A program made the translations under genes and the position numbers. 29,399 nt of DNA, from contig JASHWL010000104.1 in the NCBI GenBank assembly GCA_030044105.1, positions 1-29,399 on the forward strand. Reading direction: 5' to 3'. The notes below the pieces were generated by a model that ran no database searches, had not been told where the DNA came from, and saw only the letters and a list, made by a program, of their open reading frames with translations. The DNA comes from Thermoplasmata archaeon (lineage in GTDB: Archaea > Thermoplasmatota > Thermoplasmata > Lutacidiplasmatales > UBA184). Shown one piece after another: positions 16,144 to 23,791 of this stretch (within the stretch, counting starts at the first letter, position 1; each line of letters opens with the position of its first letter).

Positions 16144-16250
16144 GCGGGGATAGCCAAGCCCGGTAACGGCGCGGGACTTAAACGCCCCGATCGGGGGCGA
16201 AGAGATCCCGTCGCGTCAGGCGTTCGCCGGTTCAAATCCGGCTCCCCGCA
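16144..16250 (+). tRNA. tRNA-Leu(UAA) with a 22-nt intron; CCA not encoded
   Basis: Acceptor GCGGGGA/TCCCCGC plus discriminator A; D arm GCC..GGC; anticodon stem CGGGA/TCCCG with CT-TAA-A; long variable arm; T arm GCCGG-TTCAAAT-CCGGC. Confidence 0.93.
16183..16204 (+). other. tRNA intron at the canonical 37/38 position (boundary could shift by 1 nt)
   Basis: Extra sequence CGCCCCGATCGGGGGCGAAGAG interrupts the anticodon loop, forms its own GC hairpin, and pairs GAA/G with CUU of the loop in a bulge-helix-bulge-like fold. Confidence 0.8.
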
Positions 16251-16302
16251 TGCCCGCTCGAGGCGGCGCGAGGGTCAAGCGGCCCGGGGGCCTCGGGCGA
16301 TC

Positions 16303-16914
16303 GTGCGCGCGTCGCAGCTCGCCCGGGCCCTTTCGCGGGTGCCGCCGTTCCCCCGGCCGGACCCCCGATGGGAGCAGGTGCTCACGCCCCCGGGACCGGC
16401 CGTGGAGCTGCTGCTGGCCGCCGATCGGTTCGACCCGCTCGCCGGTCGGTCGGTCCTCGACCTGGGCGCGGGGACCGGTCGGCTGGCGATCGGGGCGGCC
16501 CTGCTCGGGGCGGGCCCGGTCGTCGGCGTGGAGATCGACCCCGCCGCCGCGGAGCTCGCGCGCAGCGCCGCGCGGACCGCGGGGGTGGCCGTCGACCTCG
16601 TCGTCGCGGACGTGGCGGACTACCGCGCGCCCGCGGACGTGGTCCTGCTCAACCCGCCGTTCGGCGCGCAGCGTCGGCACGCGGACCGCCCGTTCTGGGA
16701 CGCCGCGTTCGCGCTGGCCCGGCGCTCCGCGCACGGGTTCGCGCTCGCCGACTCCCGAACCTTTATAGCGCGTCGCGCGGTCGCGCGCGGCGCCCACATC
16801 ATCGAGACGCGACCGGTCGCCTGGGAACTGGAGCGGACCTTCCCGCACCACACCCGGAATCGGGTCCCGATCCCGGTCGACCGCTGGGCGATCGAGACGC
16901 ACGGAGATCGATGA
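16303..16914 (+). CDS. Predicted RNA N6-adenine methyltransferase, METTL5/COG2263 family
   Basis: EQ..TP, SAM-binding LDLGAGTG, catalytic NPPFG, C-terminal F.HH. Adjacent to csl4 as is usual in archaea. Confidence 0.85.
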   Translation: MRASQLARALSRVPPFPRPDPRWEQVLTPPGPAVELLLAADRFDPLAGRSVLDLGAGTGRLAIGAALLGAGPVVGVEIDPAAAELARSAARTAGVAVDLVVADVADYRAPADVVLLNPPFGAQRRHADRPFWDAAFALARRSAHGFALADSRTFIARRAVARGAHIIETRPVAWELERTFPHHTRNRVPIPVDRWAIETHGDR

Positions 16915-17498
16915 CCGAGACCGAACTGCCGAAGCTCGTGCTGCCCGGGGAGTACCTCGGGGCGGCCGAGGAGTTCCTGCCGGGGCCCGGCACCTACGAG
17001 GACCGGGGGCGGATCTACGCGGCCGTCCTGGGCAGCCCGACCGTCGAACCGCGGGACCGCAGCGTGCGCGTCGCGCCCCGCAACCCCGTCCCCAGCATCG
17101 AGGACGGCGAGCTCGTCTACGCCCGCGTCGACGAGATCAAGACGGCGATGGCGATCTGCACGATCCTGTCGACCGCGTCGAACCCGCGCGGGATCCCGGG
17201 GACCCCCGAGGGGACGGTCCACATCTCGAAGGCGAAGGAGGGCTACACCGAGACGCTCGCCGGCGAGTTCGCCGTCGGCGACCTGCTCCTCGCGCGCGTG
17301 CTCCAGGCGCGGCCGTCGGTCAAGCTCTCGACCGCCGCCAGCAACCTCGGCGTCGTCGCCGCGCGCTGCCAGGTGTGCCACGCGCTGCTCGCGCCCCAGG
17401 GCAAGGAGCTCGTCTGCCCCCGTTGCGGGCACCGGGAGCACCGGAAGCTCGCGGTGGGCGAGATCGCGGGCCGTCCCGATGGCGACGCCCGCGACTGA
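16911..17498 (+). CDS. csl4: Exosome RNA-binding subunit Csl4
   Basis: VLPGE.LG..EEF.PG.GTYE N-terminus, S1 domain (G.VHIS...F.VGDL..ARV), C-terminal zinc ribbon C..C...CP.CG..E.RKLA. ATGA overlap with the methylase stop. Confidence 0.93.
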   Translation: MTETELPKLVLPGEYLGAAEEFLPGPGTYEDRGRIYAAVLGSPTVEPRDRSVRVAPRNPVPSIEDGELVYARVDEIKTAMAICTILSTASNPRGIPGTPEGTVHISKAKEGYTETLAGEFAVGDLLLARVLQARPSVKLSTAASNLGVVAARCQVCHALLAPQGKELVCPRCGHREHRKLAVGEIAGRPDGDARD

Positions 17499-18711
17499 CG
17501 AGGAGCGCCGGCTCGCGCGCCTCGTGCGCGCGCACGATCGCTGGCGATCGCGCGAGGTGTTCAACCTCCTTCCCAGCGAGAACGCGGTGTCGCCCGCGGC
17601 GCGTCGCTTCCTGGCGAGCGACCTCGCCGGCCGCTACACGCTGCCGATGGCGGCCGAGTTCGACGGCGAGGCGCTCGACAACAGCTACACCGGGACGCGC
17701 TACACCGATCAGATCGAGGCGCTGGCCAACGCCGCGGCGGCGCGTGTGTTCCGCGCCCGGTGCGCGACGGTCCGACCGCTGTCGGGCCACATCGCGGCCC
17801 TCTCCGCGCTGGTGCCGCTCCTCCCGCCGGGATCCCGCGTGCTCGCGATCCCGCCCGATCGCGGGGGGTACGACGGGTACGCGCCGGGGTTCGTCCCCGC
17901 GCTCCTGCAGCACGTCGTCCGTCCGCTGCCCGCGGACGGCGAGGGATTCTCGGTCGACGCGACGGTCGCCGCGGAGGCGATCCGACGGGAGCGGCCGAAC
18001 GCGGTCCTGCTCGGCCAGAGCTTCTTCCTGTTCCCGTATCCGCTGCGCGCGATCGCCGAGGCCGCGCACGCCGTGGACGCGCTCGTCCTCTACGACGCCT
18101 CCCACGTGCTCGGACTCATCGCGGGCGGCGAGTTCCAGGATCCCCTCCGCGAGGGCGCCGACGTCGTCGTGGGCAGCACGCACAAGTCGTTCCCGGGACC
18201 TCAGGGCGGGCTGCTGCTGACCGACCGGGAGGATCTGTTCGCCCAGATCGACCCGGCGCTCGTCTGGCGCGTGTTCGACAACGCGCACTGGAACCGCATC
18301 GCGGGCGTCGCGCAGACTCTGCTCGAGCTCGAGCGCGTGGGCGTCGAGTACGCGCGTACCACGGTCGGCAACGCGCAGCGGTTGGCCCAGGAGCTCGACG
18401 CCCGCGGCGTGCCGCTGATCGCAAAGGCCCAGGGCTTCACCCGCTCGCACCAGATCCACCTCGACCGCCCGGCGCTGCGCGCGCAGCATGGGATCGGAGC
18501 CGGCGCGCTGGCCCGCCGGCTCGAACGCCAACGGCTGTTGATCGACCTCGTGGGACGGATCGGCACTGCCGAGGCGGCCCGGCTCGGGCTCACGACGGAC
18601 GACATGCCGCGGCTCGCGGACCTCCTCGTCCGCGGCGGGATCCGGGGGGAGCGCGTCGCCGCGGAGGTCCTCGCCTGGCGGCGCCAGTTCCCGGCGCTGC
18701 GGCTCGCCTAG
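17479..18711 (+). CDS. Serine hydroxymethyltransferase-like PLP enzyme (divergent; possibly a folate-independent aldolase)
   Basis: L.PSEN, YDASHVLGLIAG.EFQDPLREGAD, PLP-lysine motif STHKSFPGPQGG and RIGT match archaeal SHMT, but several SHMT-specific motifs are altered (see findings). Confidence 0.85.
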   Translation: MATPATDEERRLARLVRAHDRWRSREVFNLLPSENAVSPAARRFLASDLAGRYTLPMAAEFDGEALDNSYTGTRYTDQIEALANAAAARVFRARCATVRPLSGHIAALSALVPLLPPGSRVLAIPPDRGGYDGYAPGFVPALLQHVVRPLPADGEGFSVDATVAAEAIRRERPNAVLLGQSFFLFPYPLRAIAEAAHAVDALVLYDASHVLGLIAGGEFQDPLREGADVVVGSTHKSFPGPQGGLLLTDREDLFAQIDPALVWRVFDNAHWNRIAGVAQTLLELERVGVEYARTTVGNAQRLAQELDARGVPLIAKAQGFTRSHQIHLDRPALRAQHGIGAGALARRLERQRLLIDLVGRIGTAEAARLGLTTDDMPRLADLLVRGGIRGERVAAEVLAWRRQFPALRLA

Positions 18712-18751
18712 CGCGACGCCCGCCGGTTCGATTCGGGTCCTTACAGAAGAG

Positions 18752-18776
18752 CTCCCCCCGCTGAGGGCGGGGGGAG
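18752..18776. terminator. 10-bp GC stem-loop between convergent genes
   Basis: CTCCCCCCGC-TGAGG-GCGGGGGGAG inverted repeat. On the minus strand it is followed by TCTTCTGT. Confidence 0.55.
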
Positions 18777-18810
18777 AGGAAAGGGTACGGTGAGCACCGG
18801 TTCCCGGCGC

Positions 18811-21336
18811 TCAGGTGCCGCCGCTCGAGGGAGGCGTGCTCCCCGAGTCCGTGGTGGTCCCGGCCGCAGAGGTGTCGGTTCCGCCGGTGGTCCCCGGCTG
18901 GCTGCCCTGCTGCCACTGCTGCGGGGGCTCCTGGGTCTTCGAGCCGCCCCACATCATCCGTCCGACCAGCAGCGCGACGATCATGCCCACGATCAGGCCC
19001 ACCAGCAGGAGGATCGTCCCGGCGACCGCCGGCGAGAGGCTCCCGAGCAGGGTGACGTTGTGATACGTGCTGCTGTTGATGTAGACGGTCGTCGAGGAGA
19101 CCGACGTGATGGTCAGCGTCGTGTTGTCGTAGACCGGGGGACCCGACGTGAGCGTCATCTCCACCGAAGCGGTGTACGAGCCGGCCGCCGTCGCGTCCCA
19201 CACCGCGGTCGCGGGCACGCCCGGCGTGAGCTGGGTCATGACCGCCGTGAAGACCGGTACGGTGCCGAGGTAGACCGTCAGGCTCGCCCCCGAGATGAAG
19301 TCGCCCTGGTAGAACGTCGTGAACGTGACGTTCCCGGTCGCCAGCGGGATCGGCGACGAGCCGGACGGCGACAGCGTCACGATCGTCGCGTCCTGTCCGA
19401 TGAAGAACGCGGGACCGATCGAGGCCGTGCCGAAGGCCACCGACCCGTTCAGCGGAGCGCCGATCCCGTCCACCGTCACGTTGACGGTGAAGTAGAAGTC
19501 GTCCGACGGCGAGGTCTCCGCGCACACCGCCGCGACCGTGCACGTCGACACCGTCGAGGCGCTCACCGGGAAGACGTAGGAGAGCTGGCCCGGGTACAGC
19601 GCGATCGGATAGAACGCGATCGCGGCCGGGATCGTGGCGTCCACGACCGCGAGCACAATCGTCGTGCTCTCGTTCGTGATCGTCGCGTTCGTCACCGAGA
19701 GCGTGAACCCGAGATCGAACGGCGCCGTGGAGACATCGATGTAGTCGGACACCGGCGTGGTGAACTTCGCGGAGATTGCCGTCGGATGCTGGGCCAGCTC
19801 GTCCACGAAGATGGGCACATTGAACGGCAGGCTGTAGGGGGTCCCCACGCTGCTGGAGATGCCGGTGACCATCGCCCCATCGGCGGTGGCGTTAGCGTAC
19901 AGGGTCAACGCGTCCCCGTACGCGCCCGAAGTGATGTCCGCCGGAGTGATGGCCAAGCTCCAGGTGTAGTTGACCCACTGCGTGCCCAGCGGCGAGGTCC
20001 CGTTGCTCACTTCCTCGAGGCTGAAGTAGGTACCGAGCGTTGTGTTCGCCGAGTCGTTGACCGACCAGCTCGTGAGCACCGTGGAACCGTCGACGAGGAC
20101 GAAGTACGCGGTGTAGGTGCTGTTCCACGTCAGGAAGCCGTAGGTAACGCTGCTCAGGTTGAGCCACCCGTACTGGGTGTATGGCAGCGGTTGGTAGGGC
20201 ACGGGCGATCCGTCAATTCCTCCGTAGGCAAGCGTCGTGCCCGAGATGGTCGAGAGGTCGAAGACCTGCTCTGCTCCGGGCGCATAGCCCCCGACGGCCG
20301 TTCCGTCGACGTTGGCCCCGACCAACAGTTCCAGCTCGCCTCCGCCGCCCAACGCGGTGACCAGCGCGGACCAGGTCAGGTTCAAGGCGCTAGCATTCAG
20401 GGTGAACGTGTACGTGATGTTCGTCCAGTACCCCGTCCACGAGGTTCCGTTCGAATCGACCGCACCAGTGGGACTCGCCGGATTGATATCAAAGGGGACG
20501 GTCCCGTTGACCGAGTCGTTCAGGCTCACGACGCCGATCACGGACAAGGTCGGCGCGTAGTACACCGTCACCCATGCGCTCACGGTGGCGTTGGTCGCGG
20601 CGAGGTAGCTCGAGTTCACCCAGAGCTCGACGGTGAAGTTGAACGGCACATCCGTCGCGTACGTCGTCGCGAGAGTCTCGTTGGTCGCGGGCAGCACGAA
20701 CCCCGCGCTCGCGAAGGTCGTGAGCACCGCCGAGTCGATGTAGGCGAGCGAGGAGGAGGCAAAGCCGCCCCCGGTCGACGCGCCGTTCTCTGTGACGTAG
20801 ATCGTGAAGGTCACGTTCTGAGTAAAGCCCGCACCCAGGAAGCTATAGCACGAGGCGTCGGTGCAGCCGAGGGTGGCCGCGTCGAGGTCCGCGGTCCACG
20901 TGTAGTTCGCGTAGGGGACCCCGTTGATCACGCTCGACGTGACGAGCGCGCTGTCGATCGTGTCGTTCAGGCTCACGTTGGTCGGGAAGTACGTGATGGG
21001 TGTCGTCGTCAGGTTCGCGGTGACGTAGGCGAAGGTGGTGGTGTCGGAGATGACGCCCCAGGTGATGTTCGTGTAGAAGGTGATGTTCGCCGGGAACGTC
21101 GGACCCGGCGTATAGATCAAGCCGATGGTGACCGAGGTCGTGTCCTGACCCTGCGCGGCGGGCGTCGGCGACGCGCGCGCGGGAGCGGCGGAGCTCGCCG
21201 AGCTGCTCTTCCCCGAGTGGGATGCCAACCCGGCCGCGGCACCCAGCCCCGCCGAGCCGAGCACGAGGCCCGCGAGGACGACAACCGTTACACCAATCGC
21301 CAAGGTACGATAGTTCAACCCGGCAACGCGACGCAT
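18811..21336 (-). CDS. Secreted, C-terminally anchored Thr/Ser-rich surface glycoprotein (S-layer/cell-surface-like)
   Basis: N-terminal signal peptide, ~720-aa beta-rich ectodomain with about 30 N-x-S/T sequons, TM helix (AVAGTILLLVGLIVGMIVALLVG), short Q/G/T-rich cytoplasmic tail. 841 aa. Confidence 0.85.
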   Translation of the reverse strand: MRRVAGLNYRTLAIGVTVVVLAGLVLGSAGLGAAAGLASHSGKSSSASSAAPARASPTPAAQGQDTTSVTIGLIYTPGPTFPANITFYTNITWGVISDTTTFAYVTANLTTTPITYFPTNVSLNDTIDSALVTSSVINGVPYANYTWTADLDAATLGCTDASCYSFLGAGFTQNVTFTIYVTENGASTGGGFASSSLAYIDSAVLTTFASAGFVLPATNETLATTYATDVPFNFTVELWVNSSYLAATNATVSAWVTVYYAPTLSVIGVVSLNDSVNGTVPFDINPASPTGAVDSNGTSWTGYWTNITYTFTLNASALNLTWSALVTALGGGGELELLVGANVDGTAVGGYAPGAEQVFDLSTISGTTLAYGGIDGSPVPYQPLPYTQYGWLNLSSVTYGFLTWNSTYTAYFVLVDGSTVLTSWSVNDSANTTLGTYFSLEEVSNGTSPLGTQWVNYTWSLAITPADITSGAYGDALTLYANATADGAMVTGISSSVGTPYSLPFNVPIFVDELAQHPTAISAKFTTPVSDYIDVSTAPFDLGFTLSVTNATITNESTTIVLAVVDATIPAAIAFYPIALYPGQLSYVFPVSASTVSTCTVAAVCAETSPSDDFYFTVNVTVDGIGAPLNGSVAFGTASIGPAFFIGQDATIVTLSPSGSSPIPLATGNVTFTTFYQGDFISGASLTVYLGTVPVFTAVMTQLTPGVPATAVWDATAAGSYTASVEMTLTSGPPVYDNTTLTITSVSSTTVYINSSTYHNVTLLGSLSPAVAGTILLLVGLIVGMIVALLVGRMMWGGSKTQEPPQQWQQGSQPGTTGGTDTSAAGTTTDSGSTPPSSGGT

Positions 21337-21356
21337 GAGCCCCCGGAAGACTTCCG

Positions 21357-21365
21357 TTACTTAAA
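21357..21365 (-). promoter_or_regulatory. TATA box (TTTAAGTAA) of the surface glycoprotein gene, near-leaderless
   Basis: Located 21-29 nt upstream of the ATG at 21336. Confidence 0.6.
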
Positions 21366-21409
21366 CCTCGCGCCAACATTTTCGGTGCGACGCGTATACT
21401 GCGTCATCC

Positions 21410-22009
21410 GTGACTCGGCCCCTATCGCGTCGTCGCCGGCCGGCTGCCCGCCCGCCCTCGCCGCCGGACTCCCGACCCGTCGCGCTCACCGGGACGCCGG
21501 GCAGCGGCAAGTCCACCGTCGCGCGAAGGCTCCGGAGACCCTGGCGGCCGACGGAGGTCGGGGCGCTCGCCCGGCGCGCCGGTGCCGGCCGTCGCCGGGG
21601 TCGGGGGACCGAGGTCGACCTTCCCGCCCTGCGCCGTTGGATGGGCCGGCATCCGAGCCCTCCGGGGACCGTGCTGGTCGGCCACCTCGCCCACCTTCTT
21701 CCGGTGTCGGGCGTGATCGTCCTGCGATGCCATCCGTTGACCCTGGAGCGCCGCCTCCGGCGCGCCCGCCGGGGGAGCGCCCGGGACCGGCGCATGAACT
21801 ACGTGGCCGAGGCGATCGACCTCGTCGCCCGTGAAGCAACCGAACGTAAGGTCCCGGTCTGGCAGATCGACACCTCGCGCTCCGGCGTCGCGGCGGTCGC
21901 CCGCGCCGTCGAGCGCCTGCTCCGCACCCGGCCCGAGCCGACCGATCGATCGGTCGACTGGCTCTCGGACCCGCGGGTCACCGCGCATCTTTTGGACCGG
22001 CCGAGATAA
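21410..22009 (+). CDS. Archaeal adenylate kinase, AK6/Fap7 (hCINAP) type
   Basis: P-loop VALTGTPGSGKST, GHLAHL motif, VIVLRCHP..L..RL, N..AEA.D. Exact start uncertain. Confidence 0.8.
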   Translation: MTRPLSRRRRPAARPPSPPDSRPVALTGTPGSGKSTVARRLRRPWRPTEVGALARRAGAGRRRGRGTEVDLPALRRWMGRHPSPPGTVLVGHLAHLLPVSGVIVLRCHPLTLERRLRRARRGSARDRRMNYVAEAIDLVAREATERKVPVWQIDTSRSGVAAVARAVERLLRTRPEPTDRSVDWLSDPRVTAHLLDRPR

Positions 22010-22017
22010 CGGCGCCA

Positions 22018-22680
22018 ATGGTGCTGGAGGGCTATCGCGCCCGCCTCCAGCCGTACATCCAGCGCCTCGGCCGGCCGTTCTACGGCTGGACCCCCTCGCA
22101 GCTGAGCGGGACGGCCCTCGCGCTCGCTCTCGGGGCGGGGGTCCTCGCGGTCCTCGTCCGATGGACGAGCCCGCTGCTCTTCCTCCCCGTCGCCGTGCTG
22201 ATCTTCTTCGCGGGGCTCTTCGACGTCCTCGACGGCGAGGTCGCGCGGGCCACGCACCGCAGCTCCGTGCGCGGCGACTTCCTCGACCACGTCTTCGACC
22301 GGTACGCGGACCTCGCCATCGTGCTCGGGATCGCCGCGTCGGGCTTCGCGATCCCGATCCTGGCGCTGCTCGCGCTCGCGAGCCTCCTGCTCACCAGCTA
22401 CATGGGGACCCAGGCGCAGGCCGTCGGGCAGGGGCGGCTCTACGGCGGCCTCCTGTCCCGGGCCGACCGCCTGGTGGTGCTGGCGCTGGCGGCGTTCCTC
22501 GAGTTCGACTGGTCGCTCCCCTGGCCGTGGGCCCCCTCGGCGCCCTGGGAGCGGTTCGAGCTCTACGGGATCGGGTTCACGGTCCTCGACGTCGCGATGC
22601 TCTACTTCGTCATCGCCGGCCAGTGGACGGCGATCGCCCGGGCGCTGCGCGTGTACCGGGCCCTGCCCCCCGGGACGTAG
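22018..22680 (+). CDS. CDP-alcohol phosphatidyltransferase (archaeal phospholipid head-group synthase)
   Basis: Signature D.LDG.VAR.....S.RG.FLD..FDRY.D; SY....A....G...GG...R..R. Confidence 0.92.
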   Translation: MVLEGYRARLQPYIQRLGRPFYGWTPSQLSGTALALALGAGVLAVLVRWTSPLLFLPVAVLIFFAGLFDVLDGEVARATHRSSVRGDFLDHVFDRYADLAIVLGIAASGFAIPILALLALASLLLTSYMGTQAQAVGQGRLYGGLLSRADRLVVLALAAFLEFDWSLPWPWAPSAPWERFELYGIGFTVLDVAMLYFVIAGQWTAIARALRVYRALPPGT

Positions 22681-23791
22681 GTCCGTCGTCGTCCGTCGCG
22701 AGGACCCGGCCGCCTCTCCACCTATAGTACTGTAATGGGTGGCGGAGGTCCGGGCGGTAGCACAGCTCGTCGCGCTGCCGGTCGACCGGACGGTCGCTCG
22801 CGGGATCCCCGTCCCGGAAGCAAAGCCCGTGGCTCCGGAGCGTGTCGCACTCGGGCGGCGTGTACCCGGCCCCCCCGTCGTGGTGCGTGATGTGCTCGAC
22901 CTGGTACCGGGTGATCGACTCGTCGAAGTCCGGCGCTCCGCGGTAGGCGTCCACGATGGTCTCGAAGTCGGCGCCGGCCCGGTGGAGGAAGGCGGCGAGC
23001 GCGAATCGTCCGGCGTGCGAGAGGTTCTCCCCGGCCTGCAGCATCCGCTGCATCTTGCGGATGCAGGGCGGGAACAGCTCGGGCCGCAGGGCCGCCGCCC
23101 CCGGCCCGCCCCGCGCGACGGGGGCGGGGCTGCGTTCGGCGAGCCGGCGGAGCAGGTCGGCCTCCTGCTGCCGGACCCGGTCCCGGACGTCCTCCGCGAG
23201 GGGCAGGGGCGCGGCGAGGCGGAGCCGGATCGCCTCCTGGACCAGGCGGGCGGCGCGGACCCGCCCGACGCGCACGTTCCCCCCGGCCACCTCCTGCCGG
23301 CTGAGGCGGAAGTCGGCCTCCCGGATCGGGACCGAGAGACGGAGATAGTCGACGAGCGGGAGCTCGATGCGGTCCCCCGCGACGACCGTCGCGCCGAACC
23401 CGAGCCGTCCGGCGACCTCGGTGAGCTCCTCGGCCGGCACCGTCGCGAGCCGCGCGTACGTCCGCTTCGCTTCGGCCACCGCCCATCGCCGGAGCGCAGC
23501 GGAGGACGGGGCCGCCGCGAGGACGATCTGGGCGAACAGGAACGACAGGTACCGTTCCTCCGGACCGGCGCGCTCGAGCTCCGCGATGTCGCGGGTGGCC
23601 CGCGGATCGTCCGCGGCCGCGAGGATCCGGGCGGACCCGATCGCCCGGGGACGGGCGTAGGCGGGGTCGTCGAGCAGGCCGCGGACGGAGACCGGGTCCC
23701 CGCCGAGCAGCCCTTCCGCTCCCGGGAGGAACGGGTACTCCGCGAAGAGCGAGCGCGCGTCTAGAGGAGCCGAGGCACGATGAACTGCCAT
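22610..23791 (-). CDS. priL: DNA primase large subunit PriL
   Basis: YPFL N-terminus; C-terminal Fe-S domain FPPCI, G.NL.H.GRF.LA.FL, PDFDE.ITRYQVEHI, Y.PP.C.TL...GLC and a fourth Cys (DELC). This is the C-terminal 393 aa of the tracked 855-aa ORF. Confidence 0.92.
   Translation of the reverse strand: MAVHRASAPLDARSLFAEYPFLPGAEGLLGGDPVSVRGLLDDPAYARPRAIGSARILAAADDPRATRDIAELERAGPEERYLSFLFAQIVLAAAPSSAALRRWAVAEAKRTYARLATVPAEELTEVAGRLGFGATVVAGDRIELPLVDYLRLSVPIREADFRLSRQEVAGGNVRVGRVRAARLVQEAIRLRLAAPLPLAEDVRDRVRQQEADLLRRLAERSPAPVARGGPGAAALRPELFPPCIRKMQRMLQAGENLSHAGRFALAAFLHRAGADFETIVDAYRGAPDFDESITRYQVEHITHHDGGAGYTPPECDTLRSHGLCFRDGDPASDRPVDRQRDELCYRPDLRHPLQYYRWRGGRVLATDDDGPTSRGAGPGTRAAPGRSPSTGRR

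Noticed and set aside
18721-18746. CGCCGGTTCGATTCGGGTCC resembles a tRNA T-arm (possible attR remnant of tRNA-Leu)
   Set aside because: Only 9 nt match the tRNA, the stem does not pair properly, no integrase is present, and the intervening genes are housekeeping genes.
18790-21834. 1014-aa plus-strand ORF, and other long antisense or alternate-frame ORFs (e.g. 337-1746, 6318-8111, 10017-11891, 13843-15585, 25187-27964, 26161-29037)
   Set aside because: R/G/P-rich translations without motifs lying over well-supported genes; expected shadow ORFs because stop codons are rare at this GC content.
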